The notes: a model not told the origin generated them from the letters alone. A DNA stretch of 32,000 bases from Ruminococcus albus 7 = DSM 20455 (GCF_000179635.2 NC_014833.1:870001-902000), one strand, 5' to 3'. Shown: positions 17,401 to 25,706, numbered from the stretch's first letter. Program-made: numbers and translations.

Positions 17401-18346
17401 ATTTGCCATCAGAGCTCATACTGCAAAGAATTATGGTGTGACTGCAAAAAATTATAGTACTTTTGATAATTATGGACACTATGTAGCACCAGAAATATGC
17501 ACTTCAAGTTTCAACAACATGAGACTTGACAACTATTATCTTTCAATACATTTAAAAGAAGAAGGATTATCAGATACAATAAATAGCATAGGGGAATACT
17601 ATTTATTTGATCACATGGGTGATCTTTTGGATGACGCTATAAAACCAATACTATCTACTGCAATATACGATGGTTTTTTATACGGACAGTACACAGTTCT
17701 TGGAGAACAGTTTAAAGTAGATTATAAAAGTGCATTGCCAGAAGAAACAGTAAAGGAATTTGTATCTGCGTTTTTAGCAGAATTAGGCACTCTCTTTATT
17801 GATGATCAAATGAAAAACGAACGTAAAACCAATTACGAGTGCAAGCAATTGTATAAAAAAATGATAGAAGACATTGCAGTTACTGCTTTTGCCGATTATA
17901 TATCAAATGGATCATATACCCTGGCTATAATAACCTATGATGTTCTTAATATAATCTTGAATGTAACTTATAAAATCGGTGGAAGAGCAACGGTTATGCC
18001 AGGAAATTATACTACTAATATTGTTTATATACTAAAGGACGGATCTTCTGAAGGGTATCCATACAATGAATATCAGTTTATAGCTCAAATTGCAGATATT
18101 TTTGGAAAAAAATATCTGGATAAACTTAATAAAGTAAATAATGAGGATAACAGCTATTTCATTAATAATAATATAACAATATCACCAGCACATAAATTAG
18201 ACCATTCAGGTAAATTCAAGATAGTTGTTAATGTTTTAGAAGAGAAATATAATAATTATTCATATACATTGGAGGATCCAAATATATATCGTTTCAACAA
18301 TTTTACTGATTTGAATATGATAGTAACAAGGAACTCAAACATATGA
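14411..18346 (+). CDS. Large secreted multidomain protein (~1311 aa): signal peptide, repeat-rich N-terminal region, TSP3-like Ca-binding repeats, vWA domain, orphan C-terminal region
   Basis: I prefer the start at 14411 (MKDKNRSKLKRIISGLLALTMTGALSAVMPASA) because AGGAGG sits at 14398-14403. The acidic DxDxDGxxDxxE-type repeats are DSDKDGLVDPLE, DTDSDGLTDYEE, DPDRDGLNFREE, DTDGDDFVDGYE and DSDGDGISDGDD. The vWA MIDAS motif reads DIALVIDSSGSM ... SGGTSL ... LLTDGKG. Confidence 0.8.
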   Translation: MKDKNRSKLKRIISGLLALTMTGALSAVMPASADNIIVSNDNYSILAEKVKLNGTHVNVNGDIHGDDSLEFGGYQVTVNGGCYYTNEIKNYCGELTYSTGVCTENHMDIPQLGDCLYYLAGLTGANEYHDGIVFNWQEELELSSTISYDFFNAYGRNIWVQDIIASKNDLSFNSTDLSTHQYKEAFVYSANGDISIQANNVDLDGLIYAPNGKVIINATSIDFSGVIIAEEVEINGNDVNISTSESNAYLIELASSIYGKREIIAVGDYDSDNSLVKLAWNSNMIGDAFSVWASYDGTDYTKVTDINDLSYDYQVENGHNSVDIYIEQELLSGTKLGSNVVSLIADENGNYSVVMDDSDKDGLVDPLEKILGTNVNDPDTDSDGLTDYEEAYFTHTDPIQYDSDQNDICDADEDPDRDGLNFREELDLGTDLFEEDTDNDHLNDGDEVKVHFTDPLVKDTDGDDFVDGYEVNYNRDPLNPDSDGDGISDGDDIYTITKSSKESDSKVSVELTIDIPGKSVDSLSIDKVPEDDVFLPSEMPGFIGNGFDFYVDCEFDTATMKYTFDESLLDTPDFEPAVYYCDIVNQKMVLLDDQVYDPVTCTVTAKTTHFSRYILLNKTAFEKIWDKDFAGTSVDNSGKTVAMDIALVIDSSGSMTWNDPKNLRKDAAKEFVDKLSSIDEAAIIDFDSSSKINRNLTSNRTLLYSAIDDIDSSGGTSLTAGVSKGLEALSKSNDKKIMILLTDGKGPYDKSLTTQAINAGVTIYTIGLGTNNDIDQPLLNSIATETGGKYYHAKKDIDIQGSFDNVSGDLGNKDSDEDGLPDIVEKNLYWFNGVSLSKAAKEHKPSDIDLYLGFDHNNKNTFYKYLSDGDIVVEYKQISKDRYEAKLLDGVIWDIPNFNKKRVENFREDVCDQLGNMLASNNTDSAIYGDNVAHHILAYHSDAGVYKCEYCDYTVVDPKIEDEDLLSEADKYLMFSVDSMADHAKSLGERKMFQTTEFAIRAHTAKNYGVTAKNYSTFDNYGHYVAPEICTSSFNNMRLDNYYLSIHLKEEGLSDTINSIGEYYLFDHMGDLLDDAIKPILSTAIYDGFLYGQYTVLGEQFKVDYKSALPEETVKEFVSAFLAELGTLFIDDQMKNERKTNYECKQLYKKMIEDIAVTAFADYISNGSYTLAIITYDVLNIILNVTYKIGGRATVMPGNYTTNIVYILKDGSSEGYPYNEYQFIAQIADIFGKKYLDKLNKVNNEDNSYFINNNITISPAHKLDHSGKFKIVVNVLEEKYNNYSYTLEDPNIYRFNNFTDLNMIVTRNSNI

Positions 18347-18360
18347 AAGGTTAAGAAAAA

Positions 18361-19395
18361 ATGAAATTATCAAGAATTAAGTTAGGTATAGTTTTAATTG
18401 TATCTATTATGTCCGCTTTTAGTAGTTGTGGAAAAACAGAAAACAACAAATCAAAAGACGGTTCAGCGGCAGCAACATCTCAGACAGAAGTGCATTCTTC
18501 AAAAGAGACATCTGAAGTAAATTATACATTCAAATCTACTGAGGAACTGCTTGCCAACGAGAAAAACGTTGATAAAACCGATAAGGGATACATAATAGTC
18601 AATGATATCAATGATGTACCCGAACCGCTTAAAAATATGCTTTTCCCTTATCGTGACCCTGAAACAAAATTGTATGGGTATAAAGATCTGACCGGTGATA
18701 TCATTATTGAACCACAGTTTTATCTTGCGTATTGTTTTTCAGCAGAAGGAATAGGATATGCCGTAACTACAGAAGAATCATCAGAACTTGGATTCAACCC
18801 CGGAGTTGCAATAAGAACAGATGGTAGCTTGATAACAGACCCCAATACTTCAAATGTAGTGTGGGTCGATGATGATTACATCAAATATTATGACAAGGAT
18901 TTTGTTCCGCATATAGTTGACAAAGATCTGAATGAAATTGATCTTGAAGACTATTATTCAGAACTGCCCGAATATGAAAAATATGATATCAGCTACTATA
19001 ATTTCGGATACGATCAGGCTATGTCCGGTTATGATGGTAAAGCATACCTGAAATATAAGAACGGATTCCTGCCTGTAGCAAAATATGATGAGCAGTCAGA
19101 AAAGTATACGGTATCATTGTTGAATGACAAAGGTGAGAAAATTGCAGAATACGAAGACTATTATAGTTCCAAGTATATTTCCTGCGTTTCAAATGACTGC
19201 TACGTAGTTGTTGATGAAAGATTTATGGGCAGTATCTATGACACAGACGGCCATCGTGTTGACGAGATATTTGAATTTGGTAAGTACAGACCTATGGAAA
19301 GCATAGTTTTCCCGGGAGGGTATACTTATGTTTTCGGACTTGCTGATAATGACTATCTTGACGAAATACCTACTGTCATAAAAATTGTTGAATAG
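18361..19395 (+). CDS. Lipoprotein with WG-type (KWG-like) repeats
   Basis: The signal peptide has a lipobox-like sequence, IMSAFSSCG. The repeat signature is KLYGYKDLTGDIIIEPQFYLAYCFSAEGIGYAV. Only 14 nt separate it from the preceding gene. Confidence 0.65.
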   Translation: MKLSRIKLGIVLIVSIMSAFSSCGKTENNKSKDGSAAATSQTEVHSSKETSEVNYTFKSTEELLANEKNVDKTDKGYIIVNDINDVPEPLKNMLFPYRDPETKLYGYKDLTGDIIIEPQFYLAYCFSAEGIGYAVTTEESSELGFNPGVAIRTDGSLITDPNTSNVVWVDDDYIKYYDKDFVPHIVDKDLNEIDLEDYYSELPEYEKYDISYYNFGYDQAMSGYDGKAYLKYKNGFLPVAKYDEQSEKYTVSLLNDKGEKIAEYEDYYSSKYISCVSNDCYVVVDERFMGSIYDTDGHRVDEIFEFGKYRPMESIVFPGGYTYVFGLADNDYLDEIPTVIKIVE

Positions 19396-19464
19396 CAAGG
19401 GAACAGTATAATATTTGTTTTTTCAAAAACAACTTTTATAATCGAACAAATTCTCGAAAAAGCA

Positions 19465-19711
19465 TTGACGATTTAGCCGCCGCACGCTCGTGACTTTAGT
19501 CATGAGCGTGCGGCGGCATTTCTTGACATTCTGTTGTGCATGGTCGAGGGTATGTATATTCATTGTAATACCATATCGTAAGAACTACCAAATACAGGAA
19601 GTCCTGATCATATACTTCGTCTTGTAAACTGTAAGCCTCAATTAAGAATGTCAGATACTATAATTCTTAAGTGAAAGACAGCTAAGTGTGTAAGCTTAGC
19701 TGTCTTTCTGC
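19465..19711. repeat. Inverted-repeat arm B, including a perfect 14-bp-stem hairpin that can serve as terminator for 18361-19395
   Basis: It is the reverse complement of arm A. The hairpin gccgccgcacgctc-gtgactttagtcat-gagcgtgcggcggc (19475-19516) is followed by atttctt. Confidence 0.9.
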
Positions 19712-19731
19712 TTCTTAGATCTAAAAAAAAT

Positions 19732-20750
19732 GGTTATCCCTTTAACACACCACAAGTAAGATCACTGCACCAAAGCAGCCCAAAGCCTTAAATACGCACT
19801 GTTTCCCAGCTTGCGGCGGTTGAATTTGTAACAGTATTCGGCAGCATACAACGCTGTGTGGATCTTTTCGTTTCCGTGGTAAGTTCCCATGATCATTGCT
19901 TTGAAGTTTGAAATAACTTTATGCATCCAGTTCAGCTGACCGCTTGTCGGATCATATGTCTCAAAAACATGGAAGTATTTCTGTGCCAGCGGTTTCTTGT
20001 AACTTCGAGCATTATCACTCTCGATCTTCGAGCCTGCGCGGATATTATCCCTGGCAAATCTACCCACAGTTATGCCCTTTAAATTCGGCACATCGCTCAT
20101 TTTAACGTACTCGGGATTTCCTGCAGCGTTCTTTGATAAAGCTACGATCATTTTGACTTTTTCAGTACCTCTGCCGCGCTTTTTACCGTGAGTCGGAGCA
20201 CCGAGATACGTGTCATCAAGTTCAACGATCCCGTCGCGCAAATAGCGTTCTTCACGGCATTCCATAGCTCTTTTCTGATGCGATGAAGGATGTACCAGGC
20301 TGTCTTGTAGGTCACTCCCAAAGACCTCATCAGCGTAACAGCAGAAACGCTGCATTTGTTGCTCATAATGAGGAATGCGGTGACTATCCACAGTCTGAGC
20401 GGAATATGTGTTCTGTGCATAAAAGTTCCGTTTGTGGCGGATATATCTGCTTTACAGAACTTGCATCGCAGCAGATGGCGTGACCTTATCCTGCGGTACT
20501 CAGAGCCACCGCAAAACGGGCAGGCAAAGCCCTTTTCAAAGCGGATATCAAGCAGAAAATCCTTGCAAAAGCTTTCATCTGCGAACTTTGAGTATATCCC
20601 ATCAAGTGTTATCTCAGGTTTCGGAAATCTTTTTGACATAGCGACAGCTCCTTTCGGTTTCTGTCACTATTATACTATATTTTCCGGTTTTTGAGGTCTG
20701 TTTATTTGGACAGCATTGTATATTATCTGTGGTGTGTTAAAGGGATAACC
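19732..20750 (-). mobile_element. IS1595-family insertion sequence, copy 2 (same orientation as copy 1; transposase inactivated)
   Basis: It has the same terminal repeats as copy 1. It is 2 bp longer than copy 1 and differs by scattered substitutions. Confidence 0.85.
19762..20639 (-). pseudogene. Frameshifted IS1595-family transposase
   Basis: The gene is split into ORFs 20148-20639 and 19762-20391. Alignment with copy 1 shows a 2-nt insertion near 20269-20270 (catagctcttttctg versus catagcttttctg). Confidence 0.85.
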
Positions 20751-20845
20751 ATGTTATTCTATGATATCGTGTAGTGTAAAAGGTGTTGCTGCCGTTGCAC
20801 TGCACGATCTGTTTGCTTTTGAACTGTATAATAATTATACATTAA

Positions 20846-20891
20846 AAACTCACCCGTTAACAGTTCAAACTGTTTACGGGTGAGTTTTTTT
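20846..20891 (-). terminator. Rho-independent terminator (bidirectional shape) ending the long minus-strand gene cluster
   Basis: The 16-bp stem pairs actcacccgttaacag with ctgtttacgggtgagt (one mismatch). It is flanked by an A-run and a T-run and lies ~110 nt downstream of the 20999 stop. Confidence 0.75.
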
Positions 20892-20998
20892 GTATGAAAA
20901 TGAATCACAGTTGGTCATGCATAGGTCGTGTTTTAACCGCTGTATTTGTTCCGAAAATGGCTTTTTCCGAACTTAGCGCATCAGATGAAAAAGCAGTT

Positions 20999-22051
20999 TT
21001 AATCATCCGCCCAGACATCGCGTACGCATTTTTCGTTTATTGTCGGTCTTAACTGCTGGTCGATACCTCTATTTTCGCAAAGTGTGAGCCTTTTTTTATT
21101 CCCGGTCACAGCAATGACTTTATAGGTGTAGTATTTTTTTCGTGTACGTTTAAAAGGACGCTTTCTGAATTTATTGGATTCAGTATGTCTTTTTTTCTTA
21201 ACATAGATCTTTTCGATATCGGAATACTCCACAGCTGTTAGACCTCGGTTGAGACCTATAACTATTTTGGGAGTGATATACACATCATTTGACGATATCC
21301 ATTTTGAGTTTGGAAGATTAGCTTGATCATCGATCTCCTGATGGGTAAATCTGATACTTCCGCAATTCGGTCTCAGATGTTTGATGGCATTAATTGATCT
21401 TGATACGGACTCCCACATTGCCCAAAATACCAGCAAGGTTATTCCGAAAACCATCCCGACTGGATGTTCATCTGTTAGCCTATCCGTGAAACCTATTTTA
21501 TCGCAGTCCATGAAAAAGCTTGAATGCTTTTTCATGTTTTCGGAAGAATATATATTGTTATCAATAAAGTACTTTTCGGCAGATGCCTTGGCTTTGCTGA
21601 GAGTATTCTTTAGTATTCCTTTTACTTTGACATATCCGACTACCTGCTGTTCCTTTATCGCCTCGTTGATGCCTCTCATAAGTATCACATCTTTATCTGT
21701 TCTGACGGCATAATAATGTGGATAGACCTCCACAGGGGTTTCGGTTATTTCGGCAGAGTAGATAGTTTCATCTTCGATATGCAAATTGTCAGGATCTATT
21801 TTTCTGTCAGTGGAAAGATCTTTATAAGTACTTAATAAGCTTATAAAAATCAGAAATACCGCCAATGATATCATAGCGATGCTGATATAAAAACTCTTCT
21901 CATCGTCCTTTATCTTTTTTCTTATATTTTCATTGGTATACTTATATTTCAATCTTATTCTCTTTTCATGATGTGGATTTTCAGCAGACCATTTCCTGCC
22001 GAGAACATCTATGAAAAATATTATAACCGATTTTGGTAATATAGTCAACAT
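20999..22051 (-). CDS. Hypothetical membrane protein (two hydrophobic segments, very basic C-terminal domain); start uncertain
   Basis: The long ORF has TM-like stretches ISIAMISLAVFLIFISLL and VGMVFGITLLVFWAMW. The annotated start overlaps the upstream gene by ~70 nt, so a later start is possible. I recognise no named family with confidence. Confidence 0.5.
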   Translation of the reverse strand: MLTILPKSVIIFFIDVLGRKWSAENPHHEKRIRLKYKYTNENIRKKIKDDEKSFYISIAMISLAVFLIFISLLSTYKDLSTDRKIDPDNLHIEDETIYSAEITETPVEVYPHYYAVRTDKDVILMRGINEAIKEQQVVGYVKVKGILKNTLSKAKASAEKYFIDNNIYSSENMKKHSSFFMDCDKIGFTDRLTDEHPVGMVFGITLLVFWAMWESVSRSINAIKHLRPNCGSIRFTHQEIDDQANLPNSKWISSNDVYITPKIVIGLNRGLTAVEYSDIEKIYVKKKRHTESNKFRKRPFKRTRKKYYTYKVIAVTGNKKRLTLCENRGIDQQLRPTINEKCVRDVWADD

Positions 22052-22925
22052 TGGATATCGCTGTTAGAACTGTAGTGTTATTCTCCGCTGTTGTGACCTG
22101 CTCTGTTGGATCTGCGTTCATATGTACTCCGGTTTGAACGGTAGTATTCTGCGAAGTCTGCCAACCCGAATCACCAAAGCTGCTTTCTGAACTGTCCTTA
22201 TTCAGTGTGAGATTCAGCACGATACCTATGATAATAGCACAGCTCACCCATACAAGAGGTTTTAGTGAATATTTTTTATCTTTATCCTTTTGGGTAATTT
22301 CTGACAGCACATATCCGGCAAGTGCAAAAAACATAAGCATTGCAAGGTTTTGCAGGATAATGATCCACTTTGCCGTTGTATAGTCGAGAAAAGCAAAGTG
22401 CGTCCGGAACGTGATATAATTTACGATCCCGTTTTTCAGAAACAGCCATAGTCCCATGCCTGAAATACCTGTCAGTATCACCTTGAATATCATTTTGCCC
22501 TTTTCAGGCAGCTTTGCGGTCATAGCTTTCATGTGCAGACCGATATGTATACCCATAAGAATAAATGACCAATAGGACGTCGCAAGGTGCAGTTTTCTTG
22601 CGGTCATTACATTGATAAGTCCATACATAAAGGGTACAGCGTGTCCGCTCATGGACATCCCGCTTAGTGCGGTCAAAGCTATCGAGACAAGCAGCAGCGT
22701 GTTCACAGAAGTCATTGAGATACGGTAGGGCGAATATTTCCCCTTGAAAATGGACTTATACCATTTGTGGTTGAGTATATGGTGTAGTATCAGCGTTACA
22801 GTCATGCCTATACCAAGCCACTCGTGAAGCACATCGCCAGTCACTTGAAAAGCCATTAAAAATAACAAAAGGACTGTCAGCACCACATCGACTATCCTTT
22901 TGATGATACCTGTCTTTGTCTGCAT
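21981..22925 (-). CDS. DUF4405-like polytopic membrane protein (conserved His in TM helices; possible cytochrome-b-like)
   Basis: The N-terminus IVDVVLTVLLLFLMAFQVTGDVLHEWLGIGMTVTLILHHILNHKWY matches my memory of the DUF4405 signature. There are roughly six hydrophobic helices. Confidence 0.55.
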   Translation of the reverse strand: MQTKTGIIKRIVDVVLTVLLLFLMAFQVTGDVLHEWLGIGMTVTLILHHILNHKWYKSIFKGKYSPYRISMTSVNTLLLVSIALTALSGMSMSGHAVPFMYGLINVMTARKLHLATSYWSFILMGIHIGLHMKAMTAKLPEKGKMIFKVILTGISGMGLWLFLKNGIVNYITFRTHFAFLDYTTAKWIIILQNLAMLMFFALAGYVLSEITQKDKDKKYSLKPLVWVSCAIIIGIVLNLTLNKDSSESSFGDSGWQTSQNTTVQTGVHMNADPTEQVTTAENNTTVLTAISNVDYITKIGYNIFHRCSRQEMVC

Positions 22926-22941
22926 AACAGTCCCTCCCTGT

Positions 22942-23631
22942 TTAATTCATATCATTTACCCAGTCCTGTATCTCGTTTTCGGAAATATCAGCATCGAGCC
23001 TGTCGCCTGCGAGCCAGTTTCCGCTTCCAGCCTGCGAAGCGAGGTTACTTCCGCTTCTGCCAATACCGCTGCCGCCCGAAGTGCAGAACGGAATGACCGT
23101 CTTGCCGTCAAAGTCATGTGCCTCAACGAATGTACTCATCATTCTCGGAGCATCGCCCCACCATATCGGATAGCCGATATAAACGATGCTGTAGCCGTTC
23201 AGATCGACCGTATCATTAGCGATCGCAGGGCGCACATCGGGATCGTTCATCTCAATGGTAGTGCGGCTGTTTTTGTCATTCCAGTCTAGGTCTGCATCAG
23301 AGTATGGCTCGTCAGGGATAAGCTCGAAAATATCGGCATTTGTGACACTTGCGATACGTTCAGCCACACCCTTTGTCGTGCCTGTTGCGGAGAAATACAC
23401 TACTATTGTGTCCTTGTTGCTGCTTTCGTTCGTATTGTCGGTTTCTGTCTGTCCGGGCACTGCTTTATCTTCATCAGATCTTTTATCTTCGTTTTGCTCG
23501 TCTGATCGTTCAGTATGAGTATCCTGCTTAACGGTTTCATTTTTTGCAGAACTGCTTTTGCCAGCATTACCGCAGGCAGTGAAGCTGAACATACAGAATA
23601 CGGCAGCTAGTGAAATAATGACCTTTTTCAT
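22942..23631 (-). CDS. Flavodoxin-family protein with lipoprotein signal peptide and an acidic/Ser-rich linker
   Basis: The signal sequence MKKVIISLAAVFCMFSFTACG is lipobox-like. A ~55-aa low-complexity linker follows. FMN-binding loops VVYFSATGTTKG and GYPIWWGDAP are present. Confidence 0.75.
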   Translation of the reverse strand: MKKVIISLAAVFCMFSFTACGNAGKSSSAKNETVKQDTHTERSDEQNEDKRSDEDKAVPGQTETDNTNESSNKDTIVVYFSATGTTKGVAERIASVTNADIFELIPDEPYSDADLDWNDKNSRTTIEMNDPDVRPAIANDTVDLNGYSIVYIGYPIWWGDAPRMMSTFVEAHDFDGKTVIPFCTSGGSGIGRSGSNLASQAGSGNWLAGDRLDADISENEIQDWVNDMN

Positions 23632-23647
23632 TTAATGATCTCCTTTA

Positions 23648-24766
23648 TCACTCATAGTCTCTCCACCAGCGTTCATGGAAACTTTCCGAATCATTCAGAG
23701 ACATGGTTTCACAGAGCTTTGGTGTTATAACTTCAATATTCTTTTTTTCGCAGGCGGCAGTCAGCCTTTCGGGAGAGTCATCCCAGCCATGATCGGAAAG
23801 TACGAAAGCTCCCCAGTGGATAGGCATAACAGACTTTGTGTGAAGTGTTTCGGCAGCAAGTGCGCTCTCTTCGGGAAACATATGCCAGTAGTGCCAGTTG
23901 ATGCTGTACTGTCCGCAATCGGGCATGAACAGATCAAAATCCCCGAAGCGTTTGTGTATCTCTTCAAAGTGTGCGCCGTAGCCAGTGTCACTGCTTTCGA
24001 GTATCTGATGATATTTGTCCTTTAATACCCACGAACAGAAAAGAGTTGTCTGCTGATTATCAAGTGCCCTGCCGGATTTGTGGTTAGCAGGGGTGCAGTG
24101 TATCTCCAAGCCGTCAAGGGCGAAGCTCTCCCACCATGCAAGGTTCGTTACCTTGATGTCATCGTCTATCCAGCGTGTGATATGCTTGTCGATACCGAGG
24201 GGAACTATGTAGTGTGCTGTCTTGCATTCAAGTGCTTTTATGGTATCCATATCAAGGTGATCGTAATGGTCATGGGTGATAAGTACAGCGTCAATATCCG
24301 GGAGATCATCAATGGTTACCGAAGGCTCGGTGAACCGAGCGGGTCCTGTCCATTGTACAGGTGATGAGCGCTTGCTGAACACGGGGTCAACGAGGATATT
24401 TTTTCCATTCATCTGTATAAGCGATGAGGAATGACCCAGCCATGTGATGACCATATCGCCCTCGCTTTCCTTTGCAAAGTCGGGAGTCATCACAGGCAGT
24501 TCGTCTTTTGGTGAGATTTCCTTTGATGATACTCTGTTGTCGGCAGAGACTCCTTTAAGCACCCACTCGGAGGGGTAGTTGAAATGCTTGCCGTCAAAAT
24601 ATCCCTCAGATCTTTCGGCATAGTCCTCACGGTCTGCTTGGGTTGGTCTGCCGCCGAAAACGGGATATGCCCGCATGAAAATGAGAGCAAATACTATTAT
24701 CGAAAGTATGATAATTACTGTCCAAAGCATAACTCTCACTGCCTTATATTTTTTGATAAACTTCAC
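23648..24766 (-). CDS. MBL-fold metallo-hydrolase with an N-terminal membrane anchor
   Basis: The HxHxDH motif is present (ITHDHYDHLD). The N-terminal TM segment is VMLWTVIIILSIIVFALIF. Confidence 0.8.
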   Translation of the reverse strand: MKFIKKYKAVRVMLWTVIIILSIIVFALIFMRAYPVFGGRPTQADREDYAERSEGYFDGKHFNYPSEWVLKGVSADNRVSSKEISPKDELPVMTPDFAKESEGDMVITWLGHSSSLIQMNGKNILVDPVFSKRSSPVQWTGPARFTEPSVTIDDLPDIDAVLITHDHYDHLDMDTIKALECKTAHYIVPLGIDKHITRWIDDDIKVTNLAWWESFALDGLEIHCTPANHKSGRALDNQQTTLFCSWVLKDKYHQILESSDTGYGAHFEEIHKRFGDFDLFMPDCGQYSINWHYWHMFPEESALAAETLHTKSVMPIHWGAFVLSDHGWDDSPERLTAACEKKNIEVITPKLCETMSLNDSESFHERWWRDYE

Positions 24767-24770
24767 CCGA

Positions 24771-25706
24771 TCACTTCATTTCTTTTTCCCAGAAGCGTAT
24801 CACATTCAATCCGAGACCGTCGGCAACGCTTTCAAGCTCCTTTACCTCATCGGAGGTCAGCGTGATATTTGACGCCTTCACAGCATCCTCAACGTGGCTG
24901 ACCTTTGTTACACCGATTATCGGAAGCGTTCCCTTAGCAATAGCCCACGCAACCGGGATCTGTGCGATTCCTACTCCGCATTTATCAGCGATCTTGCCGA
25001 GAGCCTTGTTCATGACCTCCAGCTTGTCGAGAATGGGGTTATAGCTGTCTGCTCTTGCCGAGCCAGCCGGCATGGGGTGAGTTGTGTCGTACTTGCCCGA
25101 AAGTGCGCCCTGCTCCAGTACCATATACGAGAAGAATGTTATATCGTTCTCTTTACAGTAGTCCAAAATGCCGGACTCCTCAGAAAAACGGTTGATTAGG
25201 CTGTAATGATTCTGCACTGCCGAGAGTTTCAGACCGTGTGCTTTGAGTATCTCTGCAGCTTCCTTTATCTCTGCAAGGTTGTGGTTGGAAACACCGATCA
25301 TAGGAACGTCATCCCTGCCCTCGAAGTATTTTGCAAGTTCCTCGGTCCATTTTGGAGCATTCCAGACATTGTGAATCCAGTAAATGTCAAAACGATCAAG
25401 TGCCATAAGTTCAAGCTGCATCTCGATCATGTCCTTCATTGCCGTCGGAGAAGATGCATCTGCACACTGAGGTGTGAACTTATCGGAGATAAGATAGCTT
25501 TCTCTTGGCAGATCTTTCACAAAGTCAGCCAGAACTTTTTCAGATGTACCCATACCGTAAGCATAAGCGGTATCCCACAGGTTCAAACCATTTTCCATAG
25601 CCTTGTTGAAGATCGGGCGGAGGGTATCTGCTGTCAGATTTCCGCCGAATGTTCCGTCATTTCCCCAAGCCCATGCACCGAGGGCGATCTTTGGTAAGTT
25701 AGTCAT
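24771..25706 (-). CDS. Aldo/keto reductase
   Basis: AKR signatures are LGAWAWG, DTAYAYG and IGVSNH. I prefer the start at MTNLPK (25706) because AAGGAGG lies 8 nt upstream. Confidence 0.85.
   Translation of the reverse strand: MTNLPKIALGAWAWGNDGTFGGNLTADTLRPIFNKAMENGLNLWDTAYAYGMGTSEKVLADFVKDLPRESYLISDKFTPQCADASSPTAMKDMIEMQLELMALDRFDIYWIHNVWNAPKWTEELAKYFEGRDDVPMIGVSNHNLAEIKEAAEILKAHGLKLSAVQNHYSLINRFSEESGILDYCKENDITFFSYMVLEQGALSGKYDTTHPMPAGSARADSYNPILDKLEVMNKALGKIADKCGVGIAQIPVAWAIAKGTLPIIGVTKVSHVEDAVKASNITLTSDEVKELESVADGLGLNVIRFWEKEMK

Noticed and set aside
19762-20639. Two overlapping ORFs of IS1595 copy 2 as a programmed-frameshift transposase
   Set aside because: Copy 1 encodes the same protein as one uninterrupted ORF. 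Copy 2 differs by a 2-nt insertion, so this is a mutation and not a designed frameshift site.
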